Source: Chthonomonadales bacterium
GTDB lineage: Bacteria; Armatimonadota; Chthonomonadetes; Chthonomonadales; CAJBBX01
Length of the DNA stretch: 64,000 bases
NCBI GenBank assembly: GCA_037443035.1
Contig: JBBIPC010000007.1
Location: 64,001-128,000 of the forward strand
Reading direction: 5' to 3'
Each line of letters begins with the position of its first letter. Position 1 is the stretch's first letter. The notes under the pieces were generated by a model. The model had not been told where the DNA came from. It searched no databases and saw only the letters and a program-made list of their open reading frames with translations. Below are positions 26,711-36,578 of the stretch, piece after piece. The position numbers and the translations under genes are program-made.

Positions 26711-28570
26711 CTAGCCGATTCGCAGAACGCTGAGAAACGCTTCCTGTGGTATCTCCACGCTGCCGATCTGCTTCATCCGCTTTTTCCCTTCCTTCTGCTT
26801 CTCGAGCAGCTTCCGCTTTCTCGTGATGTCGCCGCCATAGCACTTGGCGGTTACGTTCTTCCGAAATGGTCGCACCGACTCGGCGGCGATGATCTTGCCA
26901 CCTATGGCCGCCTGTATACGTACTTCGAACTGCTGGCGCGGCACGACCTCCTTCATTTTCTCCACGAGGGCCCTCGCACGCTGATACGCCTTGTCGCGAT
27001 GAGTGATCAGCGACAGCGCATCCACCATCTCGCCGTTCACCAACACGTCCAGCTTGATGAGCTTTCCTTCGCGGTAGCCTATCGGTTCATAGTCGAAGGA
27101 TGCGTAGCCCCGCGTACGGCTCTTGAGCTGATCATAGAAATCCAACAGAATCTCCGCCAACGGGAGCCTGTAGTGCAGCAGCACCCTGTCGCGGTACTGC
27201 TCGGCCTCGTTGGCGGGTGGACCGGTAGCAGTGCCCACTCTGGCGTGGGTGATATGCTCCATGCGCACGAACTCGCCACGTCTCTCCCTGGCCAGCTCCA
27301 TGATGGCCCCAACGAATGCCGACGGTACGAAGATCGTCGCGTCCACGTACGGCTCTTCGATGGAATGAATGCGGGCAGGGTCCGGAAATCGAGCCGGATT
27401 GTCCACTTCCACAGTCGTGCCATCGGTAAGGTGAACCCGAAACACCACCGACGGCGATGTGGCGATGAGCCGAAGACCGAACTCCCGTTCGAGTCGTTCT
27501 TGGATGATCTCCATGTGGAGTAGGCCCAGGAATCCACACCGGTAGCCGAATCCTAGGGCGGCGGATGTTTCCGGTTCGAAGGAAAGGGCCGCATCGTTGA
27601 GTTGGAGCTTCTCCAGAGCCTCTCGAAGGTCAGGGTAGTCCTTGCTGTCTATCGGATAGAGGCCGCAGAACACCATGGGTTTGGCCTTCCGATAGCCAGG
27701 CAGCGGCTGCGACGCGGGATGCTGGGCTGTCGTGATCGTGTCTCCGACGTTCGCATCGCCGATGGTCTTGATCCCGGCAGTGAGAAAGCCCACTTCTCCC
27801 GTGCGGAGGACTTCCGTCTGCTCCATGCGCGGTCTGAAGATCCCGACGGTACTGACTTCGAAATCCCGCCCGGTGGACATGAAACGGATGCGCATGCCGG
27901 GCTTAACGTAGCCGTCTACCACACGGATGTAGCACACGACGCCGAGATAGCTGTCGAAGTGGCTATCGAAAACAAGCGCCCGTAGCGGGCCTGTGGGATC
28001 GCCCGATGGCGGCGGTATTCTCTGGACGACCTGCTCGAGGACCTCTCGGGTGCCGATGCCCTGCTTGGCACTGGCAAGCACGGCATCGTGAGCCTCGACG
28101 GCAAGGATATTCTCGATATCCTCACGCACTCGCTCTGGATCGGCCGCCGGCAGGTCCACCTTGTTGATGACAGGAATGATGGTCAACCCATTGTTGTAGG
28201 CAAGGTTGACATTGGCAACGGTCTGAGCTTCGACGCCCTGAGCTGCATCCACCACCAGCACGGCTCCCTCGCAAGCCGCCAGCGATCGGGACACTTCGTA
28301 GGTGAAGTCCACGTGGCCAGGGGTGTCAATGAGGTTCAGCTCGTACTCCTGACCATCCAGCGCCGTGTAGTTGAGTCGTACGGCCGTCATCTTGATCGTG
28401 ATGCCACGCTCCCGCTCGATGTCCATGGTATCCAGGAGCTGGTCCTGCATCTCCCGCTCGTCGATGGCGCCCGTCAGTTCGAGGATACGGTCGGCGAGCG
28501 TGGACTTGCCATGGTCCACGTGGGCAATGATGCAGAAGTTCCGTATATGGGACTGCGAACGGGCTTCCAT
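26711..28570 (-). CDS. lepA: Translation elongation factor 4
   Basis: [72 protein letters not shown]. Confidence 0.98.
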   Translation of the reverse strand: MEARSQSHIRNFCIIAHVDHGKSTLADRILELTGAIDEREMQDQLLDTMDIERERGITIKMTAVRLNYTALDGQEYELNLIDTPGHVDFTYEVSRSLAACEGAVLVVDAAQGVEAQTVANVNLAYNNGLTIIPVINKVDLPAADPERVREDIENILAVEAHDAVLASAKQGIGTREVLEQVVQRIPPPSGDPTGPLRALVFDSHFDSYLGVVCYIRVVDGYVKPGMRIRFMSTGRDFEVSTVGIFRPRMEQTEVLRTGEVGFLTAGIKTIGDANVGDTITTAQHPASQPLPGYRKAKPMVFCGLYPIDSKDYPDLREALEKLQLNDAALSFEPETSAALGFGYRCGFLGLLHMEIIQERLEREFGLRLIATSPSVVFRVHLTDGTTVEVDNPARFPDPARIHSIEEPYVDATIFVPSAFVGAIMELARERRGEFVRMEHITHARVGTATGPPANEAEQYRDRVLLHYRLPLAEILLDFYDQLKSRTRGYASFDYEPIGYREGKLIKLDVLVNGEMVDALSLITHRDKAYQRARALVEKMKEVVPRQQFEVRIQAAIGGKIIAAESVRPFRKNVTAKCYGGDITRKRKLLEKQKEGKKRMKQIGSVEIPQEAFLSVLRIG

Positions 28571-28609
28571 GTTGGGCGTATGTCCTGCGCTGCCGGGTCG
28601 TACGGCGTG

Positions 28610-28618
28610 ATTATAGCA
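28610..28618 (-). promoter_or_regulatory. Extended -10 element for lepA
   Basis: Minus-strand TGCTATAAT 40 nt upstream of the lepA ATG. A plus-strand TATAAT at 28667-28672 could serve the divergent gene. Confidence 0.55.
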
Positions 28619-28731
28619 TTCGCTCAGTCGCGACGCCGGGGCAGCACACCGACGGGAGTAGAGGTGTATAATGACGCCGAATGCGTCGGCAAACGGTGTG
28701 GGCTCGGCCTGCACCTGGAAAGGCAGAGGAG

Positions 28732-29061
28732 ATGCTACGCAAAGAAATCAGTCCTATCACTGCCATTCTTGTCATCGTAATACTCGCTGCTGTAGCCGCC
28801 GGAGTGTACTTCATCGCGACCAAGCGGTCTGCGCCGCGCTACGATCCTAAGAAGGCTGCCGAGCTCAATGCAGCCAGGGGTCAGGCCGCCTTCCGATCCA
28901 TGATGAGCGGGAGCGGCGGCATGATGTCACCAGGTGCTGCGGGCTATCGTGGTTCGGGCGGTTACGGCGGTGGTATGTCCGGAGGCTACCGCGGAGGTAT
29001 GTCGGGCGGCTATGGTGGCGGCATGTCCGGAGGCTATGGCGGGATGAGCGGGGGGCGCTAG
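28732..29061 (+). CDS. Small single-TM protein with Gly/Met/Tyr-rich tail
   Basis: [17 protein letters not shown] followed by a hydrophobic helix; C-terminal (GYGGGMSG)n repeats. Confidence 0.75.
   Translation: MLRKEISPITAILVIVILAAVAAGVYFIATKRSAPRYDPKKAAELNAARGQAAFRSMMSGSGGMMSPGAAGYRGSGGYGGGMSGGYRGGMSGGYGGGMSGGYGGMSGGR
28960..29055 (+). repeat. Degenerate 24-bp tandem repeat (about 4 copies) encoding GY(G/R)GGMSG
   Basis: GGTTACGGCGGTGGTATGTCCGGA / GGCTACCGCGGAGGTATGTCGGGC / GGCTATGGTGGCGGCATGTCCGGA / a shorter fourth copy. Variation is mostly synonymous. Confidence 0.8.
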
Positions 29062-29199
29062 AAAGCACCTGCCAATCCTCGCCAGCCTCGGTGGTTCCAC
29101 GCTCGGCGTCGGTGACCTCCCTCTCGATCCGCGCCGTCTAGGGCATCATCGTGAGCCCGACGGGAGTGCAGTGCGAGGGACGGCCCCACGCAGGAGGCA

Positions 29200-29619
29200 T
29201 CAGGCTTCACCGATGACCGTTACGATGAGAACTCGCCGCCGCGGTCGGATGTCGCATTCCACTAGGAACACCTGCTGCCACGTTCCCAGTGCGGGCGCGC
29301 CGTCCGTCACCGGGAACGTCACCGATTGCCCGAGCAGTGTCGCCTGAAGATGGGAGTGGCCGTTGCCGTCGTGCCAAGTCTGCTCGTGGGCGTAATCTGG
29401 GCTCGGCGGAGCCAGTGAGTCGAGCAGCCGCGGCAGGTCCTGCTTCAGACCTCGCTCACACTCCATCAAGCCGATGCCACCAGTGCTGCCCTGCACGAAA
29501 ACGTGCGCGATACCCGTCTTGATGCCTGACGCCCTGACCACTGCGGTCACTTGTGGCGTGATGTCCTGCACCTCACGATGCCCACTTGTCGGTACTTCGA
29601 ATGTCTCTTGTCTTACCAT
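29200..29619 (-). CDS. yjbQ: YjbQ/UPF0047 family protein (secondary thiamine-phosphate synthase family)
   Basis: DIT..V, NGHSHL.A.LLG.S, LGTWQQVFLVECD. Confidence 0.9.
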   Translation of the reverse strand: MVRQETFEVPTSGHREVQDITPQVTAVVRASGIKTGIAHVFVQGSTGGIGLMECERGLKQDLPRLLDSLAPPSPDYAHEQTWHDGNGHSHLQATLLGQSVTFPVTDGAPALGTWQQVFLVECDIRPRRRVLIVTVIGEA

Positions 29620-29662
29620 TGCGCTGTCCCCAATCGTACACAGGCCGGCCGCAGCCATCTTC

Positions 29663-31591
29663 CTAAGGCCAGAAATCGTAGGCCCTGATTCCCAGAGCGA
29701 TGCCGTACAGCGACCAGAAGCATCCGACGAGCATCTCGCCCAGGATCATACCGAGGAAGAACGGCACTGCGGTTCGATAAAGCCGGAGGCCGCCGTATCG
29801 CATGGTGACGGCCTTGAGTATGCATCCGATCGTCACAGGTAACCAGATCTGCGCCATGCCCCATGAGTTCGCCACAGCGTAGCCCAGAGGGTGGAAGGGA
29901 AACCACGCGAACCGTACCCGCATGGCAGCCATACCCAATGACAGCACGAACGAGATGCCGGCGGCTATGAGACTGCCGTAGTTGGCAGTCCCGGGGGTCA
30001 GGAACCACTCGTGCAGCCGTCCGAAGTTCTCTCCAGGGAACTCACGCGGCCACCTCTCGACCCTTGCGGTACCGGCACCCAGCTCGTAGGCTCGGCTGAG
30101 GTATGCCCAGAAGACGCCAACTCCTCCCACACAGGCGGCCAGCATGATACCCCTTACAACGGCCTTCTGACTCGCACCGGTGGCATCTGCTAGTTTCATG
30201 CCTTCGAGAGCGTGCGGAGCAGGGTTGGCGAAGTAGGTCCTGTTGAACCAATAGGTCAGCGCGAAGCCCACGAGATTGCGAGGACCCAATCGCGTAGGCC
30301 CCACCGAAGCCAGGAGGGGATTCAGCGGCCCCATGAAATGCATGTCATGGATAGGGAACCCGAACTCGGCGCGGATCCTCGTGATGACCACAACCAGCAC
30401 AAAGTAGAGCGCGAAGAATGCCACGGCTACCCATGCGGACATGCCCATGGCCACGCAGAACGCGCTGAGCGCCGCCACGCCCAGAATCATGCCTATCAGA
30501 GCATGCCGGTAGCGTATGGGCTCGTCCGCATCGCTCGCCGTTGACGCGCCGCTGACGGCTTGCTTGAGGATATCTGCAAGATCGCGCCTGGCCGCCCACA
30601 GCGCTGTGGCAGCCACCGCCATGTAGGCCCCGAACGCTTGGCCGTGCTCGTAAGGTGGGTAGTTGTTGAAGCCAGCCCCACTCGTGAAGCTCTGCTCGAT
30701 GCCCAGGGCTGTCACAGCCACAAGCTCCAGCTTGTAGAGAACATAGAAGACCGACAACGAGAACGAGAGATCCAAGGGCATGATGAAGGCCAAACCAATG
30801 GCGAAGAAATAGAAGGAGATCTTGACGTTGCCCATACCCTTCCACGGCATGGCCGTGATGTAGGGGTCAATGTCCTGGCGCTTGATCGGGATCATGGGCA
30901 CAACTGGCCAGAAGTACGCGATGCCGTTGAGCAGCGTCACACCACCCGCCAGCGCGAACCCGGCCCACAGCACGCGGCTCCGCCAGAACACGGATCCGGT
31001 CGTCATCTCCAGCGGCAGGTATACCGATGGATAGGTCAGTCTCTCGGCTACCATCCAACGGCGCCTCAAGAACGTGTTCACGCAGAGCATGGTGTAGATC
31101 AACACAACGATGAAACCGGACCACAGCAAGACGGGCACCAGCCAGGGCATCCAGTTCTCGGCTAGATACAGCGAGCTGTTGCCGGAGTAGAAGCGGCGGA
31201 CGGCTCCCGGGTCATCCACCATGAACCGTCGGGGCAAGTACGGCATGAACGTCGTCTGCCACCTGTTGCCGATACCAGCGTAGGCGAATGGAAATGGGAG
31301 AAAAGAAACGAGGAGCTGGCCCATCTGCTGGGCGCCAAGGGCCGAACCGATGCACATCATCGTGAAGACGCAGAGCAGTTCTGCCCGTGTCAGGGTCAAG
31401 CATCTCGTGGCTTGCCAACGGCTGCAAAGGCCGTTGACTCCTATCAGCGCCGCCAGGAGCGCGATCGTATTGCAGAAAGGAACGGCGTTGGTAAACAGCG
31501 ACCAGCGTACGAGTTCGGCCTCGATGAGCCAACGCTGATTCAGAAGGACCAGAAGCACACCGATAACATACGTGCGTGCGCGTATGGACAA
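29663..31591 (-). CDS. DUF6785/DUF6784-like polytopic membrane protein (putative transporter)
   Basis: Many TM helices; W..W..P...W, W...ERLTYP...LPLEM, RIRAEFG.P, WFPFHPLGY, RYGGL.LY....PFFLG. TTG start. Confidence 0.7.
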   Translation of the reverse strand: MSIRARTYVIGVLLVLLNQRWLIEAELVRWSLFTNAVPFCNTIALLAALIGVNGLCSRWQATRCLTLTRAELLCVFTMMCIGSALGAQQMGQLLVSFLPFPFAYAGIGNRWQTTFMPYLPRRFMVDDPGAVRRFYSGNSSLYLAENWMPWLVPVLLWSGFIVVLIYTMLCVNTFLRRRWMVAERLTYPSVYLPLEMTTGSVFWRSRVLWAGFALAGGVTLLNGIAYFWPVVPMIPIKRQDIDPYITAMPWKGMGNVKISFYFFAIGLAFIMPLDLSFSLSVFYVLYKLELVAVTALGIEQSFTSGAGFNNYPPYEHGQAFGAYMAVAATALWAARRDLADILKQAVSGASTASDADEPIRYRHALIGMILGVAALSAFCVAMGMSAWVAVAFFALYFVLVVVITRIRAEFGFPIHDMHFMGPLNPLLASVGPTRLGPRNLVGFALTYWFNRTYFANPAPHALEGMKLADATGASQKAVVRGIMLAACVGGVGVFWAYLSRAYELGAGTARVERWPREFPGENFGRLHEWFLTPGTANYGSLIAAGISFVLSLGMAAMRVRFAWFPFHPLGYAVANSWGMAQIWLPVTIGCILKAVTMRYGGLRLYRTAVPFFLGMILGEMLVGCFWSLYGIALGIRAYDFWP

Positions 31592-31650
31592 GCTCCCGCC
31601 CTCAGTTGTCAGGCCTGACCCAAGGCCTACCGGATCCTACGGCCTCGCAT

Positions 31651-32091
31651 TCAACACGACCGTGCCCCGTGACCGTTGGATCCTCCGCGCCGCCTAGCGT
31701 CCGCCACCGCTCTCAGGGCTGCCATTCTGGCGGCCAGTAGCTTGCGACGTATCTCGCGGACATCCAGCCACGCCAGTACGAGCAGTACGCCCGTCAGCCC
31801 GAAACAGAGCGTCCAGTAGGCGCCGATCGTTGCGATGCGCACCGCTACAGCCCGCCTTGCGCGCTCTGCCTCGGGCGATGGTTCCACGCCAGCACGCCTC
31901 GCTTGCACCGCCTGCCGCGCCAGGTCACGCACCATCGCATTGCCAACGCTTCGGAAGAAGGGATGGATCGTACCGTTCGCAAGCAGCGCGATGATGGCCA
32001 CCAGAATGACAACAGACAGCACGCGCAGCCGCCGTTGCCGCTGCGTCAGGCGGAAGTCGAATCTGCTCGGAGACGAGGTTGGCTCAGCCAT
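31651..32091 (-). CDS. Hypothetical two-TM membrane protein
   Basis: Starts 6 nt after the rpe stop (MAEPTSS); two hydrophobic helices; YW..C...AWLDVRE. Confidence 0.6.
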   Translation of the reverse strand: MAEPTSSPSRFDFRLTQRQRRLRVLSVVILVAIIALLANGTIHPFFRSVGNAMVRDLARQAVQARRAGVEPSPEAERARRAVAVRIATIGAYWTLCFGLTGVLLVLAWLDVREIRRKLLAARMAALRAVADARRRGGSNGHGARSC

Positions 32092-32096
32092 CGCAG

Positions 32097-32765
32097 CTAA
32101 CACGAGGCGCACGCATGGCGCAGTGCACGGATGCCGGCGGCAAGCCCTTGGGGATGTCCGAACACGCTGGACCCTGCCACCAGGACCGTAGCTCCGGCCC
32201 GAACCACCGTGGGCGCTGTTTCGACTCCAATGCCGCCGTCCACTTCGAGGAGGACTTCCCTGCCGGTCTTGTCCAGAATCTCCCTTGCACGGGCGACCTT
32301 GGCCGTCATCGCGGGTATGTAGCTCTGACCACCGAACCCGGGGTTGACAGTCATGACCAGCAGCAAGTCTATATCGTCCACCACGTAATCGAGAACGTCT
32401 AGAGGAGTCGCAGGATTCAGCGCCAAGCCAGCCTTCATACCCGCATCGCGTATCTTGGCCAGGGCCCGCTGGAGATGCACGCACGCCTCCGCCTGGAGCG
32501 TCAGGATATTCGCGCCAGCGGCGGCGAATGCTTCGATCCAGCGGTCGGGATGCTCGATCATGAGATGGACATCGAACACAGCCCGGGAACGGCTGCGGAG
32601 CGCCTGCACGACACCCGGCCCGAACGTGATATTGGGCACGAACGCTCCATCCATGATGTCGAAGTGCAAGTACTCAGCGCCGGCCCTCTCGCACGCTTCG
32701 GCAGCTTCGCGCAGTGCGCCGAAGTCCGCCGAAAGGAGCGATGGAGAGAGAACGACGGTGCTCAC
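32097..32765 (-). CDS. rpe: Ribulose-phosphate 3-epimerase
   Basis: SPSLLSADF, HFDIMDG.FVPNITFG, DVHLMI, MTVNPGFGGQ, EVDGG, VAGS. GTG start overlaps the kinase stop. Confidence 0.96.
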   Translation of the reverse strand: MSTVVLSPSLLSADFGALREAAEACERAGAEYLHFDIMDGAFVPNITFGPGVVQALRSRSRAVFDVHLMIEHPDRWIEAFAAAGANILTLQAEACVHLQRALAKIRDAGMKAGLALNPATPLDVLDYVVDDIDLLLVMTVNPGFGGQSYIPAMTAKVARAREILDKTGREVLLEVDGGIGVETAPTVVRAGATVLVAGSSVFGHPQGLAAGIRALRHACASC

Positions 32766-34558
32766 CGAGGGGACCTCCATGGCACGACTTGCTCGGTGAT
32801 GGGATCCAGATTGTCGTCGTAGTAGACCCGCACCCTCAGTTCCGCTCCTGTGGCCCGGACTTGGAGGTCCACCTCGTCGCCTTCGTTCCGTGCTTCATCG
32901 AATACAGTCCGCGTGCCACCATCATCCTCGATCTCGATACGTACCTGACGCATGCCACGGCCGTCCCGTCGTACTCGGTGCCGCACCTGCCACACATGCT
33001 CTCCGCCGGCCTCCTCCGCGCCAGCACCGCTCGCGTTCAGCGATCCCTCCGGTGGTCCATCACTGAGAACCACATTCACCGGCGTGCCTCGTTCTACACG
33101 TTTCCCACTCCGCGGGTTCTGGGAGATTACAGTCCCAAAAGCCACAGTCTCGCTTGTCTGGCGATCCACCTGACCGAGGCCCAATCCTGCTTCCTTCAGC
33201 TTCGATTCCGCCTCCGCTGCGGCCAGACCCGTTACGTCGGGTACCCAGACAAGTCGCGAGCCTTTGCTGACCCAGGTCAACACGGCGCGGCCAGGTCTGA
33301 TGAGTCTGCCGGGCTCGTAGTCCACACGGAACACGATCCCAGGATCGTACTGATCGTTGTACTCTTCCCGTTCTACGAGGCGTATCTTGAGCTTGGTCGC
33401 CTCCGTCCGCGCATCTTCGATTCTCTTGCCCACAAGGTCAGGGAAGGAGGCGACCTCGGGCTTGGTGAACGCCGCCATCCACAGGCCGATCCCCAGAAAG
33501 ATGAGCAGCAGCACCACTGACCCCATGAGCATCAGGAGTACCCGCAGCACCGGTGACAGCCGGCTACCGTCATCGCGTCTTGGCATGGTGACCTCCGGTG
33601 CGCGTGCTGTAGCGCGCGTTCCAGCACGCCGGGTGGACGGTTCCGGAGGCGGTTCCGCCGCTACGGCCTCGGCCGGTGGTGGGGCCTCCGGTTCCTTTCC
33701 ATCCATGGGGGACCACGCAATGGGTCGGCCGAACCGAAGGGCATCCCGCACATGCTTCAGGTCCGCTAGCATATCTCCCGCCGACGCGTAGCGATCCTCC
33801 GGTCGCTTCTGCATGGCTTTCCGCACAACGCCATCCAGCGCCCGCGGAACTCCCGCGTTGTGATCGCGAGGAGAAGGCACCGGATCGTTCTGATGCCGTA
33901 ACGCCACCCGGATGGGGGTGTCCGCAGGATACGGAGGCGCGCCCGTTAGCATCTCGAAGAGCATGACACCCAATGCGTAGAGATCCGTGGCCGCGAAGCT
34001 GACACCTTGGAGCGATCGCTCCGGCCCCTGATAGTGCACCGCGGCACTCAGGTTTCGAGAGCCCGCGTTCGATGATGCTGCGATAGCTTGCGCCAGGCCG
34101 AAATCGGTGACTTTGGCCACACCGTCAGGAGTCACCATGACGTTCTGAGGCCGCAGATCACCGTGCACCTTGCCGGCGCTGTGCGCGTACTGAAGCGCCT
34201 CGCAGATGGCCACCGCGAAGTCGACTGCCACGCTCACGGTGAAGGGCGCAATGCGCCGAATACGCTCCTTGAGGTTGATGCCGCGCACGAACTCCGTGAC
34301 AATGACCGGCACGCCGTCCTCTTCGACAACTTCGAGCGTCCGGGCTATGTTCGGATGATCCAGGTCGAGGGAGCCCCTCGCGCTCTCGCGGAGAGCATGG
34401 CAGAACGCTGCGTCCTCCATTAGATCCGGTTGCACGATCTTCACAGCTACCGAGAGCCCCGTCGTACGTTCACGTCCTCGGAAGACCTGGAAGAAAGCGC
34501 CGGTGCCTAGACGCTCCACCAGCTCGTATCGGCCCGCAATGACGCGCCCAATGCTCAT
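32762..34558 (-). CDS. pknB: PASTA-domain Ser/Thr protein kinase (PknB/PrkC-like) with atypical catalytic loop
   Basis: VAVK, HPNI, HGDLRPQN, DFGLA, DLYALG, one TM helix and two PASTA repeats (FPDLVGK, VPDVTGL...VISQNP). Confidence 0.85.
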   Translation of the reverse strand: MSIGRVIAGRYELVERLGTGAFFQVFRGRERTTGLSVAVKIVQPDLMEDAAFCHALRESARGSLDLDHPNIARTLEVVEEDGVPVIVTEFVRGINLKERIRRIAPFTVSVAVDFAVAICEALQYAHSAGKVHGDLRPQNVMVTPDGVAKVTDFGLAQAIAASSNAGSRNLSAAVHYQGPERSLQGVSFAATDLYALGVMLFEMLTGAPPYPADTPIRVALRHQNDPVPSPRDHNAGVPRALDGVVRKAMQKRPEDRYASAGDMLADLKHVRDALRFGRPIAWSPMDGKEPEAPPPAEAVAAEPPPEPSTRRAGTRATARAPEVTMPRRDDGSRLSPVLRVLLMLMGSVVLLLIFLGIGLWMAAFTKPEVASFPDLVGKRIEDARTEATKLKIRLVEREEYNDQYDPGIVFRVDYEPGRLIRPGRAVLTWVSKGSRLVWVPDVTGLAAAEAESKLKEAGLGLGQVDRQTSETVAFGTVISQNPRSGKRVERGTPVNVVLSDGPPEGSLNASGAGAEEAGGEHVWQVRHRVRRDGRGMRQVRIEIEDDGGTRTVFDEARNEGDEVDLQVRATGAELRVRVYYDDNLDPITEQVVPWRSPR

Positions 34559-34845
34559 CGTCGAGAGCGTTCCTCACGTTTCCGCAACATGCGCAGCGCC
34601 ACATGGAGTATGGTGACAACCACGAGAACACCGTAAAGGGGCGTCAAGTCCCAAAGCGCGATTCGCTCGAGCGGCGCCGGCTGTCCCGTGATGATCAGCA
34701 TGCGCTGATGCGCGGCGAGGTACTGAACGGCCGGAAGGACAATCCACGCAGCAGCGAGGGCGGCCTGCGCCACGTGCCCGACCGTCACCGACGCCGGTGG
34801 GTCCGACACATCACCAGGTGCTATGTTACGAGACCTCTTGCGCAT
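34555..34845 (-). CDS. Small hypothetical membrane protein
   Basis: Fills the gap between aroB and pknB with an ATGA overlap at the pknB start; two hydrophobic segments. Confidence 0.5.
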   Translation of the reverse strand: MRKRSRNIAPGDVSDPPASVTVGHVAQAALAAAWIVLPAVQYLAAHQRMLIITGQPAPLERIALWDLTPLYGVLVVVTILHVALRMLRKREERSRR

Positions 34846-34899
34846 CAGCTTCTTGTTACCACTTCGCTCTGCGGAAAGGCACCGATCTTGGCCGCCGGT

Positions 34900-36015
34900 T
34901 CATGCTATGGAGCCGCGGCATCGCTGCAGAGCCCTGATGACCGCCTCTTCTGGAACTTCGAAGCCCGGCTCGGCCCTCCCGACCTCTCTGAGCAAGACGA
35001 ACCTGAGCCTGCGTGACAGCGTCTTCTTGTCCGCCATCATCCGTTCGAGAGCCGCTTCAGGCTCCATCCATGAAGGTGCCTCTGCAGGCAGACCCACATC
35101 GGCAAGCGCCTCTATGACCCTAGCCGTTACATTCTGCGAGGTGACGCCGATCTCCTCTCCCACGCGACATGCCGCCACCATCCCTATAGATACGGCCTCA
35201 CCGTGGGTCAGGTGTCGATAGCCGGCAAGCGCCTCGAGTGCGTGGCCGACCGTGTGCCCGAAATTCAGGACGGCGCGTAAGCCCTGCTCGGTTTCATCCT
35301 TCGATACCACGTCGGCCTTGATCCGACAGGACCAGTGCACGGCTTCCGCCAACCGATTGGCGTCTCGGTTCGAGATTGCGAATGCGCACGCCGTGAGCCA
35401 GTCGAGGAAACGGCCATCTCGAATGAAGGCATGCTTCAGGATTTCGGCCAGGCCAGACCGGAAATCACGGGCATTCAGAGTTTGCAGGGTCGTTGTATCC
35501 ATCACAACAACTCGCGGCTGGTGGAAGACGCCCACGAGGTTCTTGCCCTGCGGTAGGTTCACGCCAGTCTTGCCCCCGATCCCCGCATCGGCCTGAGCCA
35601 GGAGCGTGGTGGGTGCCTGGACGAAAGCGATGCCGCGCATGTACGTACCCGCAGCGAACCCCGCAATGTCCCCGACAACGCCACCGCCAACCGCCACAAC
35701 GGCGCTTCGCCGATCAAGCCCCTGGCGGATCATGGCCTCGTAAAGGCGCGCCACTGCCGACAGGGTCTTGTATCGCTCGCCACTGCGCAGGCGGACAAGC
35801 GTGGATGGCACCCCTGCGGCATCCAGGCTCCGCAACACCGATCGCCCGTAAGCCTCTACTCGACCCGTACCCGTGACGACTAGAACCCGCGAGGGTTCCA
35901 GAACGTTCAACATGATGCTGGCAATCCGGTCGAGACACCCCGGCGCAACATGCACCTCGTAGCTCCGGTCGCCCAGCGCGACTTTCAGGGGTTCGAGGCG
36001 TACCGCTTCGCTCAT
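34900..36015 (-). CDS. aroB: 3-dehydroquinate synthase
   Basis: GE..KT, GGGVVGD.AGF.A.TYMRG, PTTLLAQ.D..IGGKTG, KNLVG.FHQP, LNFGHTVGHA. Confidence 0.97.
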   Translation of the reverse strand: MSEAVRLEPLKVALGDRSYEVHVAPGCLDRIASIMLNVLEPSRVLVVTGTGRVEAYGRSVLRSLDAAGVPSTLVRLRSGERYKTLSAVARLYEAMIRQGLDRRSAVVAVGGGVVGDIAGFAAGTYMRGIAFVQAPTTLLAQADAGIGGKTGVNLPQGKNLVGVFHQPRVVVMDTTTLQTLNARDFRSGLAEILKHAFIRDGRFLDWLTACAFAISNRDANRLAEAVHWSCRIKADVVSKDETEQGLRAVLNFGHTVGHALEALAGYRHLTHGEAVSIGMVAACRVGEEIGVTSQNVTARVIEALADVGLPAEAPSWMEPEAALERMMADKKTLSRRLRFVLLREVGRAEPGFEVPEEAVIRALQRCRGSIA

Positions 36016-36578
36016 GCTTCCCGATCCCGTCTCAGTCCGATCCATCGCGATGCCAGTTCCCTGTACGCCGCGAGAACTTTGGCGGCGGCGTCCTCATGGC
36101 GAAGACCGGTGGTATCCACCGTCGCATCGGCGGCTGCTGCGTATAGCGGACTGCGCAGATCCAGCATCTCACGGATACGACCCAGTGGATCCTCGACCCC
36201 CGCTAGCAGAGGACGCGAGGAACGATCGCCGCACCGTCGCAGGATCTCCTCTGGCTCCACACGAAGCCAGACCAGCACACCCGATTTGCGCAGGATTACG
36301 ACGTTGGCAGGATCGAGGACAGCCCCTCCGCCGGTTCCGATGACAACATGGACCCGCATGGCGGCCTCGGCCACCGCCTCCCGCTCCAGACGCCGGAATG
36401 CGGCTTCACCCTCGCTAGCGAAGATCTGTGGCACGGGCCGAGCGGTCGCTCTTTCCACCAACTGGTCCGTGTCCACAAATCGGAATCGGAGCGCCCGGGC
36501 ACACCGCCGACCGATGGTCGTCTTCCCTGTCCCCATATACCCGATGAGGACAAGATTGGGGTTCAGCGTTTGGACCAT
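36012..36578 (-). CDS. aroK: Shikimate kinase
   Basis: LIGYMGTGKTT, DTD, GEAAFR..E, TGGG, RPLL. Confidence 0.96.
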   Translation of the reverse strand: MVQTLNPNLVLIGYMGTGKTTIGRRCARALRFRFVDTDQLVERATARPVPQIFASEGEAAFRRLEREAVAEAAMRVHVVIGTGGGAVLDPANVVILRKSGVLVWLRVEPEEILRRCGDRSSRPLLAGVEDPLGRIREMLDLRSPLYAAAADATVDTTGLRHEDAAAKVLAAYRELASRWIGLRRDREA

